DNA of 64,000 nt from Patescibacteria group bacterium. Its GTDB lineage: Bacteria > Patescibacteriota > Minisyncoccia > Phycocordibacterales > JACZSL01. Positions within the stretch are counted from its first letter, which is position 1; every line of letters starts with the position of its first letter. The notes beneath the pieces were generated by a model that worked only from the letters and a program-made list of their open reading frames with translations, had not been told where the DNA came from and searched no databases. Of the stretch, positions 27,191 to 37,307 are shown one piece after another. The stretch is from positions 5,447 through 69,446 of the forward strand of contig JACZSL010000001.1 of assembly GCA_022574205.1 (NCBI GenBank). Reading direction: 5' to 3'. A program made the translations under genes and the position numbers.

Positions 27191-28284
27191 GGCGCACAAC
27201 TATTGACAGGCCATTTCTTGTCATGGTGGTCACTCTTGTGGTACTTGGTTTTTTTATATTTACAAGCGCGTCGCTAGGGCTACTCGCGCGTGATGGAGCA
27301 AGTTTTTCGTCTGTTGCGTTTAGTCAAATTTTTCTCGGCATAGTTCTTGGTACAATAGCGCTCCTAATAAATACGAGAATACATTACTCTTTTTTTAGGA
27401 GGTACTCACTTTTTATCTTTCTACTATCCATTGCTACAACACTCCTTGTCTTTGTCCCTGATCTAGGAGTAGAGATTAATGGTGCGCGCAGATGGGTTGA
27501 TATAGGGCTTGTTTCATTTCAACCAGCTGAATTTTTGAAAATTGGTTTTGTAATATATTTTGCCGCATGGCTTTCGCGTGTCCGCGATAAGATGCACTCT
27601 TTCTCGTATAGTGTTGTTCCTTTTGTTATTCTATTGGGATTTGTTGGGGCAATTCTATTAGCACAGCCGGATACTGGTACTTTTATTGTTATTGTATCAA
27701 CTGGATTTGTTATGTTTTTGGTTGGTGGAGCTAAATGGCGGCACGTGGCAGCTGTTGTCGGCCTTTCAGTTATTAGTGCTGCCACACTCGCACTTACCCG
27801 ACCGTATGTAATGGAGAGGGTGCTGGCCTTTCTTGACCCTTCGAAAGATCCATTGGGCTCAAGCTATCAGATACAACAATCACTCATCGCTATAGGCTCG
27901 GGAGGCCTGTTCGGTAGAGGTTTTGGACAAAGTATCCAAAAGTTTAACTTCCTTCCTGAGCCCGCGAGTGACTCTATTTTTGCCGTTATTGGTGAAGAAT
28001 TTGGCTTTGTTGGGGCTGTTATATTAATCAGTCTTTTTCTTGCGCTGGCGTTGCGTGGCCTTAAAATTGCTTCACGTGCGCCGGATTATTTTAGTGGACT
28101 GCTAGTTGTCGGTATTGTTATACTTATTACGTCGCAATCGTTTATAAACATTGCATCAATGCTCGGTATTTTCCCACTCATTGGACTACCGCTCTTGTTC
28201 GTGAGCCATGGTGGAACTGCTTTTCTGTTTGTACTGTTTGAGGTAGGAATCGTTCTTGGTATTTCGCGGTATATGAAGCGCTAG
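27187..28284 (+). CDS. ftsW: Cell division SEDS protein FtsW
   Basis: GARRW, FQPAEFLK, QPDTGT, YQIQQSLIAIGSGG, LPEPASDSIFAVIGEEFG; between mraY and murG. Confidence 0.93.
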   Translation: MRRTTIDRPFLVMVVTLVVLGFFIFTSASLGLLARDGASFSSVAFSQIFLGIVLGTIALLINTRIHYSFFRRYSLFIFLLSIATTLLVFVPDLGVEINGARRWVDIGLVSFQPAEFLKIGFVIYFAAWLSRVRDKMHSFSYSVVPFVILLGFVGAILLAQPDTGTFIVIVSTGFVMFLVGGAKWRHVAAVVGLSVISAATLALTRPYVMERVLAFLDPSKDPLGSSYQIQQSLIAIGSGGLFGRGFGQSIQKFNFLPEPASDSIFAVIGEEFGFVGAVILISLFLALALRGLKIASRAPDYFSGLLVVGIVILITSQSFINIASMLGIFPLIGLPLLFVSHGGTAFLFVLFEVGIVLGISRYMKR

Positions 28285-28438
28285 CGCGCAAGTCGAAAGT
28301 ATAAAGTACTGGGTATTATGTTGTGGTATGAGACCTGTCTAGGCAGAAATTATGAATAGGCTAAATTATGCATAAACGTAAAGATGACAAGATGAACGTA
28401 TTATTATGTTCATATTATAAGAATAGTTTTCCAATGGG

Positions 28439-29569
28439 ATGAAAATTCTATTTACTGGAGGTGGCACTGGCGGACATTTTTATCCAATTATCGCAGTTGC
28501 TGAGGAGGTGAACGCTATTGCAAGTGAAAAAAAACTTTTAGTTCCCAAGCTTTATTTCATTTCACCAAACCCATTTGACTCAGATTTGCTGTTTAAAAAT
28601 AATATAATTTTTAAGAAAAGTCCTGCCGGAAAAATACGTACATACTTTTCAATTTTAAATTTCTTTGACCTCTTCAAAACAGCATTTGGTTCTATAAAAA
28701 CTGCATTTCAGATATTTTTTATTTACCCGGATGTTATTTTCTGTAAAGGTGGTTACGGATCATTTCCAACAGTACTCGCTTCAAGGCTTTTCAAAATCCC
28801 ACTCGTTGTTCATGAGTCCGATACTGTGCCGGGACGTGTTAATGTGTGGGCTGGAAAATATGCCCGAAAAGTCGCTGTGTCTTTCCCTGAAGCGGCAAAG
28901 TATTTTCCGGAAGACAAAGTTGCCTTAACGGGAGTTCCAATTCGGCGTGAACTTCATACTGTTGCTACTGAGGGTGCTGTTGAGTTTCTTGGACTTGAGG
29001 ACAATGTTCCAGTTGTCCTTATTCTCGGTGGCTCTCAGGGCTCTAAAGTGATTAATGAAATTATCTTAGACGCACTTCCTCAACTTGTAGGAGATTTTCA
29101 GATCATACATCAGGTTGGAAAAGGGAATATTGAAGACGTAAAAAATACAGCTCTCATTGTGCTTGAAGGTAATGAAAATTCCTCTAGGTATCGACCATTC
29201 GATTATTTAAATGCACTTGCGCTCCGCATGGCTGCAGGTGCGGCGGATATTATTGTTTCGCGTGCTGGTGCAAGCGCAATCTTTGAAATAGCCCTGTGGG
29301 GTATTCCAAGTATAATAATTCCTATAAAAGAAGAAGTTTCAAGGGATCAAAGATCAAATGCATTTTCATATGCCAGGAGCGGGGCGGCGGTCGTAGTTGA
29401 AGAAGAAAATCTATCTGTAAGTATTATTGTGTCAGAGATTAGAAGAATTGTTAACAATGCTGAGGTCAGGGAGAGAATGGGGAAATGTGCAAAGCAGTTT
29501 GCCAAAGCTGATGCTGCAAAAAAGATTGCCACAGTACTTATTGATATAGCCTTGGAACATGAGCGATAG
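28439..29569 (+). CDS. murG: MurG N-acetylglucosaminyl transferase
   Basis: GGGTGGHFYP, KGGY, HESD, GGSQG, SRAGA. Confidence 0.96.
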   Translation: MKILFTGGGTGGHFYPIIAVAEEVNAIASEKKLLVPKLYFISPNPFDSDLLFKNNIIFKKSPAGKIRTYFSILNFFDLFKTAFGSIKTAFQIFFIYPDVIFCKGGYGSFPTVLASRLFKIPLVVHESDTVPGRVNVWAGKYARKVAVSFPEAAKYFPEDKVALTGVPIRRELHTVATEGAVEFLGLEDNVPVVLILGGSQGSKVINEIILDALPQLVGDFQIIHQVGKGNIEDVKNTALIVLEGNENSSRYRPFDYLNALALRMAAGAADIIVSRAGASAIFEIALWGIPSIIIPIKEEVSRDQRSNAFSYARSGAAVVVEEENLSVSIIVSEIRRIVNNAEVRERMGKCAKQFAKADAAKKIATVLIDIALEHER

Positions 29570-30932
29570 CAGGATGAATGAGCACATTCCAAAAAAAGGA
29601 CCTGTGGTCACACGTATTGCACCTAGCCCTACGGGGGTACTCCACGTTGGTACGCTTCGAACTGCTTTATTTAATTATTTATACGCTAAAAAATATGGCG
29701 GGAAATTTTTACTACGTATCGAAGATACTGATAAAGGGCGCTCTACAAAAGCGTTTGAACAGGATATTCTGGAGGGTTTAGAGTGGGCCGGATTAAAATT
29801 TGACGGCAAAATAATTCGGCAATCGCAAAGGAATGATATTTATGCTAAATACATAAAAAAACTTATTGATGATGGTAATGCTTATATATCAAAAGAATCA
29901 AAGAAAAATCACCCCAAAGAGAGGATTGAAGTTGTTAGACTTAAGAATCCAAATAAGAAAATAACATTCATTGATTTAGTTCGTGGAGATATAACATTTG
30001 ACACTACAGAACTAAAGGACTTTGTGATTGCTAGAAGTGTAACCGAACCACTGTATCATCTTGCAGTTGTTATTGATGATCATGACATGAATGTAACACA
30101 TGTAATACGTGGGGAAGATCACATTTCTAACACTCCGAGACAAATTTTAATACACGAAGCACTCGGGTTTAAAATACCGAAATACGGACATCTTCCGTTA
30201 ATACTAAATGAAAATAGATCGAAACTTTCCAAGCGGGATGATGCAGCGTCCGTAACTTCATATAAAGATAAGTATCTGCCAGAGGCACTTATTAATTATT
30301 TAGCTCTTCTAGGTTGGAATCCAGGAACAGACCAAGAGATATTTTCACTTTTAGAGCTTATTGAGGCTTTTGAGATTTCAGATGTACAGAGGGGTGGGGC
30401 AATCTTTAATGAAGAAAAACTAAAATCAATAAACCATGAGTATATAAAGAAATTATCCGAAAAGATTTGGAATAAGATCGTTCTGGAAAATCTGCCAAAG
30501 ATAATTACTTCACACAAGTCTTTCGACAATACATTACTTCAAAATATTGCAGGCCAACTTAAGGAACGAGTAAAAACGTTTGAAGAAATACGTAAGTTAA
30601 GCAAGAGTGGGGAACTTAATTTTTATGTGAGGGCGCCCGAATACAATTCTTCTGACCTTGTACCAAAACGTGATTCGGATAGTTCAATAAAACAACACCT
30701 TGAAACACTTATTTTGCTTTTAGGGAAGATTTCTGAAGATAAATTTACAGAAATTAATATCAAAGAAGCTGTTTGGGATTACGCAGAGAAAGAAGGGAAA
30801 GGTTCGATACTTTGGCCAATGCGATTTGCTCTGACAGGGCTGGAAAAATCTCCTGATCCGTTTACTGTTTCCGGAATATTAGGTAAAAGCACGACCCTGG
30901 AAAGGCTGAAAAGCGCCTATCAATCACTTTGA
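29559..30932 (+). CDS. gltX: Glutamate--tRNA ligase
   Basis: RIAPSPTG.LHVG, LRIEDTD, THVIRGEDH, KLSKR. Confidence 0.96.
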   Translation: MSDSRMNEHIPKKGPVVTRIAPSPTGVLHVGTLRTALFNYLYAKKYGGKFLLRIEDTDKGRSTKAFEQDILEGLEWAGLKFDGKIIRQSQRNDIYAKYIKKLIDDGNAYISKESKKNHPKERIEVVRLKNPNKKITFIDLVRGDITFDTTELKDFVIARSVTEPLYHLAVVIDDHDMNVTHVIRGEDHISNTPRQILIHEALGFKIPKYGHLPLILNENRSKLSKRDDAASVTSYKDKYLPEALINYLALLGWNPGTDQEIFSLLELIEAFEISDVQRGGAIFNEEKLKSINHEYIKKLSEKIWNKIVLENLPKIITSHKSFDNTLLQNIAGQLKERVKTFEEIRKLSKSGELNFYVRAPEYNSSDLVPKRDSDSSIKQHLETLILLLGKISEDKFTEINIKEAVWDYAEKEGKGSILWPMRFALTGLEKSPDPFTVSGILGKSTTLERLKSAYQSL

Positions 30933-30936
30933 AATT

Positions 30937-32232
30937 ATGAAATTAGTTAGAAAAATATGCGTTCATGCACTAGTTATATTATTTGTGGTATTTATAACAT
31001 TTGTTGATGAGGTTGAATCGGCTTTAATTGATGATTTACGATCTCAAATAAGTGACCGGGCAACTAGAATAGAGCTGATTGAGCAGGAAATCACCCAATA
31101 CCAAAATGAGCTTACACGAGTGGGGAAAGACAAAAGAACGCTACAAAACGCTGTACGAACTCTTAATCTTTCTAAGAAAAAACTTGAGGCGGATATAAGA
31201 GTTACACAAAACCGGATTAGTGCCACCACTTACCAAGTAGAGGAGCTTGCTATACAGATATTTGATCACGAGCGTCAGATAAGTACCCATTCCAAAGCCC
31301 TTGCTGAAAGTATACGACGTATAGACGCGGCTGAGTCGAACACTTTTATTGAGTCGCTTTTGGCAAAGTCTGATTTCTCGGAGATATGGGAAGATGTTGA
31401 AGATACTGAACGTTTTCAGGCTCAATTGCGGCAAAATCTTGAAGAGTTAAAGGCGATAAAGAGCAACCTCGAGATCTCCAGAGATAGTAGAAAAAAGAAA
31501 CGGAGGGAGCTCGTTAATTACGAATACGAGCTTGATAATCAAAAAACTGTGGTTTTGATAAATAAAAGAGAGAAAGATACATTGCTGACACAAACAAAAA
31601 ATCAGGAGTCGAATTATCAAAAACTACTTAATGAAAAAGTTGCTGCAAGAAAAGAATTTGAGCGTGAACTTTTGGATTTTGAAGCACGACTTCAAATCAT
31701 CATTGATCCAAACAGTATACCTAGTCCCAAAAACGGTATACTCTCATGGCCGCTTGATAAAATCACCGTGACACAATATTTCGGGGACACAGCGTTTGCC
31801 AAGAGCGGTGCGTACAACGGTAGGGGACACAATGGAGTTGATTTTCGAGCGTCGCCCGGAACCACGGTGCGATCACCGCTTTCCGGAACAGTAACTGCAA
31901 CCGGAGATACTGATATATATGCCGGCTGTTACTCCTATGGAAAATGGGTGCTTATAAAACATAACAACGGTTTATCAAGTTTGTATGCGCACCTATCATT
32001 AGTTAGCGTTAATACTGGAAGTCAAGTATTGTCTGGTCAGGCGATAGGCTATAGTGGCAATACTGGTTATTCTACCGGACCACACCTTCATATGGGACTT
32101 TTCGCTTCTCAAGGTGTTAGACTTGTAAAATTTAAAGATATTAAAAGCAACACGAATTGTGCTGAAGCAACGGTTCCGGTAGCGCCACATGCGGCTTACT
32201 TGAATCCGCTGTCGTATCTTCCAAAAATTTAA
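30937..32232 (+). CDS. Coiled-coil M23 peptidase (EnvC/PcsB-like)
   Basis: Long coiled coil then HNGVDF, LYAHL, STGPHLH. Confidence 0.92.
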   Translation: MKLVRKICVHALVILFVVFITFVDEVESALIDDLRSQISDRATRIELIEQEITQYQNELTRVGKDKRTLQNAVRTLNLSKKKLEADIRVTQNRISATTYQVEELAIQIFDHERQISTHSKALAESIRRIDAAESNTFIESLLAKSDFSEIWEDVEDTERFQAQLRQNLEELKAIKSNLEISRDSRKKKRRELVNYEYELDNQKTVVLINKREKDTLLTQTKNQESNYQKLLNEKVAARKEFERELLDFEARLQIIIDPNSIPSPKNGILSWPLDKITVTQYFGDTAFAKSGAYNGRGHNGVDFRASPGTTVRSPLSGTVTATGDTDIYAGCYSYGKWVLIKHNNGLSSLYAHLSLVSVNTGSQVLSGQAIGYSGNTGYSTGPHLHMGLFASQGVRLVKFKDIKSNTNCAEATVPVAPHAAYLNPLSYLPKI

Positions 32233-32255
32233 TAGCTATAATAAGTAGAAACAAT

Positions 32256-32507
32256 ATGGAAAATAAACTGACTCCGCAAAGAGAGCTAAAAATTAATGTT
32301 CCGACAGGGCATGTTCCTGTGTACGCAAACTCTGTACAAATCAGTGTGTCAAATGAAGAGGTAACGTTACAATTTCTGTTCGTGCGTCCAAACACAGACC
32401 ATGGACTGCTTGTCTCAGAGGTTGTCATAACACCTAATCATGCGATGAAGCTCCAAAAAGCACTTGACGAAACAGTCAAGAAACACTTTACAAAGCACAT
32501 AAAATAG
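32256..32507 (+). CDS. DUF3467-like protein
   Basis: VYANSVQIS..EEVTLQF...VVITPNHAMKL..AL. Confidence 0.75.
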   Translation: MENKLTPQRELKINVPTGHVPVYANSVQISVSNEEVTLQFLFVRPNTDHGLLVSEVVITPNHAMKLQKALDETVKKHFTKHIK

Positions 32508-32641
32508 CTTACCTAAGCCATATATAAGCCATTTTTCATAAACACTTTTGCACGTACTTACTTACGTCTGTTAAATGTTATGTGGTAAAATGTAAGTGAG
32601 TCGATCATCTCATTATTATTGGCGCTTTTTAACACATATGT

Positions 32642-32899
32642 ATGAGCAATAAAAAAATACACATGCTTACATTCCTTCTCCTTGTAGTTGGGGGTCTTAA
32701 TTGGCTTCTTTTCGGGCTTTTTGAGTGGGAGATTGGAGAGATTTTTGGTGGCTCTGACAGCGTCATTTCTAGGATAATTTATATCCTTATTGGACTTGCC
32801 GCTGTGTACGAACTGCTTACACACAAGAACAACTGTAAGACATGCGCAACTCCAAACGGCCCTGGGACAGCTAGTTCGCCAACGAGCGATTTTAGGTAG
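32642..32899 (+). CDS. DUF378 membrane protein
   Basis: LLVVGGLNWLLFG, SRIIYILIGLAAVY. Confidence 0.85.
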   Translation: MSNKKIHMLTFLLLVVGGLNWLLFGLFEWEIGEIFGGSDSVISRIIYILIGLAAVYELLTHKNNCKTCATPNGPGTASSPTSDFR

Positions 32900-32961
32900 T
32901 ATACCCAAATACAAAAAACCACCTAGAAGTAGGAGGTTTTTGTATTTGAGGGTTGGAAAAT

Positions 32962-34761
32962 TTATATTTCCAATGTAACAAATGTTTGCTCAGTGGATGA
33001 AGCTGTGTTTGAGAGTAGATCGCTTGAGATAACGATATAATAATATGTCGTACTTGCGGTCAGACCAAAGATGGAGAGTGAGTGATTAACTGTAAGTGTT
33101 GCATCTGAATTAAATAATGCTTCCTCGAGTACAATTGGTGTAGTAGTTCCATACCACAGAGTGCTGTCTGCATCTTCGTCAGTGTCCCATGTAATTGTAG
33201 CTTCAGTCGTTGTTGCGTTCGCCACAATGTTTGAAAGCACTGGTGCAGTTTCATCTACTGGTTCAGGTTCTGCCAATGTTGTTTCAAATGAGTTCTCTGT
33301 GCTCGTTGCGGTATTTCCAGATTCATCAGCAGATACAACAAGGTAATAATAGGTTGTACTTGCAGTCAGGCTAAAGATTGAGAGCGAATGACTCTGTGTA
33401 AGTGTCACGTCTTCAACTGTATTTGCCGAATTGGGGTCAACAGGGGCTGTCGTGCTATAAAATACTGTGCTGTCTGCATCTTCGTCAGTGTCCCATGTAA
33501 TTGTAGCTTCAGTCGTTGTTGCGTTCGCCACAATGTTTGAAAGCACTGGTGCAGTTTCGTCATCAACCTCTCCAGCATCGTCGTTTTCATCATCCTCATC
33601 ACACTTTCCTAACTTGTCCCCGTGGAAAATATGTGCCCATCGTGCATTTTTAGAGATTTGTATCGTATTCTCGCCTTTGTGGCACATGTAAACTTTTTTA
33701 CTTTTCTTTCCATTGTTATCTTTGTCGTCGTTGTCGTCTCCATTATCGTCATTATTATTATCATCATCATCATCAACATCATTCTTTTTTCCACCAAAGC
33801 TAAACTTGAACTTGAATCCTCCATCATCGTCTATTTTCAAGGTTGATTTCGAGTCGGCATTACTTAGTGTCACGCGTTGTTTTGTGCTCCCATTGCCGTC
33901 GGTTTCTTTGGTAAAGTTAAACTTTATTTTAAGTTCTTTTGAAGACGCGTGTATTTTTATTTTTACGGCATCATTTCCGTCGTCGTTAATGGTTACTGAA
34001 ACACGATCAAGTTTTGCGATGTGATTCTCTGCAAGATCAACGAGCTCGTCAATAAATGAATTAACTGCAGCCACACCAGACGCATTACCTTGGGAGGCGA
34101 ATACTGCTTTGGCTTCTTCAAGTTGTGCAAGAGCAAAAAGAAGAGCGTCCTGTACAGTATTCACATCAAAATCAAAGTTGCTTAGAAATTCTTCCTCAAG
34201 CAAATCAACACCATTGTCATTAGTACTTGTTGTAGTGCTTGCATTATTGTCCGAGCTATTCGATGTTGAGATTGTTGTGGTTTCGTTGGACTCGTTTTGA
34301 GTTGACGTACCATGGATGGTGCTAAAATTTATTTCAACGCTTTCGGCCAGCGCAAGTATTGCTTTTACCTCATCGATACGTTCTTCCGCAAACCGGAGGC
34401 GAAAAGAGTCTTCAGTGTCACCAAAAGTAATTGTGAGAAGGATTTTTTCTGCCGCTATGTCAAAAGGGAAGAAAAAATCACCAGGTTGTGAGTGATCAGC
34501 AAAAACCGCTGTGGTGGAAACTGATCCAACAAGAAACGCTAAAATGAGGGCGGGTATAAAAACATACCTGGAATAATTAAAAGTAGAGAACATATACCAA
34601 AATGATCCCTGAAGACGTGCTTTGTCTTTTGCTGTTACCGTTTCCGCACTTACATCAGGCTGTATATTCCTTTCAACACGTGACCAGAGAATTTTTTTCT
34701 CATTTTCTGTAAGACGTTTTGGTTCCATATGTTCTAAAATATCTTCAAACTTTGGCTTCAT
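32962..34761 (-). CDS. Putative anti-sigma/membrane sensor: TM, DUF5667-like domain, His/Cys motif, two FN3 domains
   Basis: Downstream of ECF sigma; SQPGDFFFPFDIAAEK..FAEERIDE; CHKG..HIFHGDKLGKC; ATITWDTDEDADS x2. Confidence 0.75.
   Translation of the reverse strand: MKPKFEDILEHMEPKRLTENEKKILWSRVERNIQPDVSAETVTAKDKARLQGSFWYMFSTFNYSRYVFIPALILAFLVGSVSTTAVFADHSQPGDFFFPFDIAAEKILLTITFGDTEDSFRLRFAEERIDEVKAILALAESVEINFSTIHGTSTQNESNETTTISTSNSSDNNASTTTSTNDNGVDLLEEEFLSNFDFDVNTVQDALLFALAQLEEAKAVFASQGNASGVAAVNSFIDELVDLAENHIAKLDRVSVTINDDGNDAVKIKIHASSKELKIKFNFTKETDGNGSTKQRVTLSNADSKSTLKIDDDGGFKFKFSFGGKKNDVDDDDDNNNDDNGDDNDDKDNNGKKSKKVYMCHKGENTIQISKNARWAHIFHGDKLGKCDEDDENDDAGEVDDETAPVLSNIVANATTTEATITWDTDEDADSTVFYSTTAPVDPNSANTVEDVTLTQSHSLSIFSLTASTTYYYLVVSADESGNTATSTENSFETTLAEPEPVDETAPVLSNIVANATTTEATITWDTDEDADSTLWYGTTTPIVLEEALFNSDATLTVNHSLSIFGLTASTTYYYIVISSDLLSNTASSTEQTFVTLEI
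33161..33558. repeat. 92-bp identical intragenic direct repeat (FN3 duplication)
   Basis: 33161-33252 = 33467-33558, offset 306 bp. Confidence 0.9.
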
Positions 34762-34769
34762 AAAATAAT

Positions 34770-35303
34770 CTATAATAAAGCGGATAAATTACCTCGTAAT
34801 AATCTTATTGCCCTGTGGTGCCACACTTTGGCCGTCCCTTCTCTTATGTTCATAAAATCTGCAATTTCGCTATATGTAAGCGCTGACCAATAACGAAGTC
34901 GTAGGAGTTCTTGATAGTTCTTCGGAAGTTTTTTCATATTTTTTTCTAAATATCGATAATCCTCGACTTCAACTTCAAAGCTTTCAGTTATGTGGTGTTC
35001 TTCAAGCTCCACAGATAAAGTTGTTTTTTTGTAATAACTGTAAATGCGGCGCTTTAAAATAATGAACACAAAACCGTAAAACTCTCCTTCACTGCTATAG
35101 GTAAATCCATCCAGTGCTTTCCAAAGTTCTATAAAAGTTTCTTGTACAATGTCGAGCGCATCATCCCGTGATTTTGAACGTGATAATGCGTACCTAAAAA
35201 GCCTGTCACTCAACAGTTCAAATATCGCTTGAAAAGCCCGCGCGTCTCTATTTTTGGTCTTTTCAATCAGTTTTTGGAGTTCCGTAGGGTATATTTCATC
35301 CAC
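34770..35303 (-). CDS. ECF RNA polymerase sigma factor
   Basis: LFRYALS..DALDIVQETFIELWK; LP..YQELLRLRYW..LTYSEIA..MNIREGTAK. Confidence 0.92.
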   Translation of the reverse strand: MDEIYPTELQKLIEKTKNRDARAFQAIFELLSDRLFRYALSRSKSRDDALDIVQETFIELWKALDGFTYSSEGEFYGFVFIILKRRIYSYYKKTTLSVELEEHHITESFEVEVEDYRYLEKNMKKLPKNYQELLRLRYWSALTYSEIADFMNIREGTAKVWHHRAIRLLRGNLSALL

Positions 35304-35421
35304 GTTACGTAATCACATCCCTCACTAACACTATGCAACCTTACGCTAAAAAAGTTACAATGCAAGTCCAGTTCCAGGAAAGTGAGTTATAATACAGCTA
35401 TAATTGCTATACTAATGGAAA

Positions 35422-36024
35422 ATGGGGAATTTGAGTAAACAACAGAAAATAGTGGATTTTTGGTTTGGAGAGCTTTTTGCCGACGGCTTAGCGGAGAAGA
35501 AAATAAGTAAACGTTGGTATAAAAATGATCCGAATTTTGATAAGTTAATGCGCGAAAATTTTGAAAATGATATTGAGATGGCCAAGAAAGGGAAGTACGG
35601 AAAATGGAAAGAAACTACTTTGGGTTCACTTACTTTAATTTTACTGTGTGACCAGTTTACACGAAATATTTATCGTGATACTGAAAAAATGTTTTCTTGC
35701 GACGAAATCGCGCGGGTGGTTGCACAAGAAGCAATTGAAAAGGGGTTTGACAGGGAACTTCCGATGGCACAAAGACAGTTTATCTATATGCCATTTATGC
35801 ACGCAGAGAGCAACGAGCTCCAGGAAAAATCTGTTGAATTATTTCAAAGATTACGGGTGGAAGTTGTTGAACATGTTAAGGAATATGTCCCTGTAAAATA
35901 TGCTAAAGCACATCAGGAGATTATTCGTAAATTCGGTCGCTTTCCACAGAGAAATAAAATTCTTGGACGTACCTCAACAAGTGACGAGATAGAATTTCTG
36001 AAAGGTCCAAATTCTAACTTCTAA
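35422..36024 (+). CDS. DUF924 family protein
   Basis: IVDFWFGE, ILLCDQFTRNIYR, FIYMPFMHAES, IIRKFGRFPQRN.ILGR.ST. Confidence 0.9.
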   Translation: MGNLSKQQKIVDFWFGELFADGLAEKKISKRWYKNDPNFDKLMRENFENDIEMAKKGKYGKWKETTLGSLTLILLCDQFTRNIYRDTEKMFSCDEIARVVAQEAIEKGFDRELPMAQRQFIYMPFMHAESNELQEKSVELFQRLRVEVVEHVKEYVPVKYAKAHQEIIRKFGRFPQRNKILGRTSTSDEIEFLKGPNSNF

Positions 36025-36179
36025 CCGAAGAATCTTATCCTTTTAAACATATAAGGTAATATTGGGTGCCTAGGCATAAATAAGCCCATACAGGGCAATT
36101 TTGGGCTCTATATATAAGCTGGGTGCCAGTGTATGCACCATGTAAAATGAATAAATGTGTGGAAAAGTTCTCCTCATGT

Positions 36180-36207
36180 TGTTCGTTTTACATATATTGT
36201 GCGAACC
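36180..36207 (-). other. Candidate dif-like site (11-6-11)
   Basis: Minus strand GGTTCGCACAA TATATG TAAAACGAACA; first arm 9/11 to E. coli XerC arm; 22 bp upstream of xer start. Confidence 0.4.
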
Positions 36208-36229
36208 AGTTCTATGTTATTATGTATGT

Positions 36230-37204
36230 ATGAAAAGCGACAAACCCATGCGTAAATACATACTCCCCTTTCTTGAATACTGCGAAGTTGAGAAAGGGCT
36301 TTCAAATAATACGCAACGCAATTACCAACAATATCTTAAGCTGTTTACTGTATGGTTAAAGCATATTCGGGAAGAAAATTTACTTCCCCATAAACTAACG
36401 CCTGATCATATATGGAATTATCGCCTTTATTTGGCACGTACTCATAAGAGCCCTACTGGAAAACTTTTAGCTAAAAAGTCCCAAAATTATTACTTAATAG
36501 CGTTACGTGTTTTTTTAGATTTTTTGGCGGACAGAGACATTGAATCCCTACCCTCCTCGAAAGTAAAGCTTGCGAAACAGAAAACTACCGAGAGTATTTC
36601 TTTCTTGGAAGTTCGTGATGTTGAAAAAATGTTAGCAGTTCCTGATATTGATACTTCAGGCGGCCTGCGGGATAGAACAATTATTGAGCTTTTCTTTTCA
36701 TCCGGTATGCGTATTTCTGAATTGATTGCCCTTAACGTAGATCAAATGTCATTTCTCGACGACAAAAAAACAGATAGGACATATGAGCTGTCTATCGTTG
36801 GAAAGGGCTCATATGTTCGAACTATTTTCATTTCTCCAAGAGCAGCTAAATTCCTTAGGAAATATATCCTCTTGCGGCACAATGACATGTATAAACCTCT
36901 GTTTATAAATTTTCGTTCAAAAAGCGCTGACTCAAAACGACTTTCATCTAGATATATACAAAAAATGATCTCGAAGTCTGCCCTCTTAGCGGGTCTTTCA
37001 AAAAGAGTAACTCCTCACACCCTACGACACACATACGCAACCGATTTACTTTCCCACGGAGCTGATCTTAGGAGCGTACAAGAGCTTCTGGGACATAAAA
37101 ATGTTTCTACTACGCAGGTTTACACACACGTTACAAACAAGCAGCTTCGAGATATCCATGAAAAATTTCACGGTGGAGGTGATATTAAGGACAAGAGCCT
37201 TTAA
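36230..37204 (+). CDS. XerC/XerD-type tyrosine recombinase
   Basis: EVEKGLS.NT..NY SAM domain; LRDR..IELFFSSGMRISEL, GKG, TPHTLRHTYATDLL..GADLRSVQELLGH..TTQVYTHV. Confidence 0.95.
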   Translation: MKSDKPMRKYILPFLEYCEVEKGLSNNTQRNYQQYLKLFTVWLKHIREENLLPHKLTPDHIWNYRLYLARTHKSPTGKLLAKKSQNYYLIALRVFLDFLADRDIESLPSSKVKLAKQKTTESISFLEVRDVEKMLAVPDIDTSGGLRDRTIIELFFSSGMRISELIALNVDQMSFLDDKKTDRTYELSIVGKGSYVRTIFISPRAAKFLRKYILLRHNDMYKPLFINFRSKSADSKRLSSRYIQKMISKSALLAGLSKRVTPHTLRHTYATDLLSHGADLRSVQELLGHKNVSTTQVYTHVTNKQLRDIHEKFHGGGDIKDKSL

Positions 37205-37307
37205 GGTATATAAATCCGCTACTTACAAATCTTCTTTCTCTCCCCTTCCGTATTTGCTACAATCTAGTTGTATTTATTAATAACTATTAGTATTTGAGTA
37301 TAGAAAC

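Noticed and set aside
33161-33558. DGR template/variable repeat pair
   Set aside because: Copies are identical with no adenine-specific mismatches and no reverse transcriptase is present
36230-37204. Integron integrase or prophage integrase
   Set aside because: XerD-like motifs, no evident IntI insertion, no phage genes or attC array adjacent
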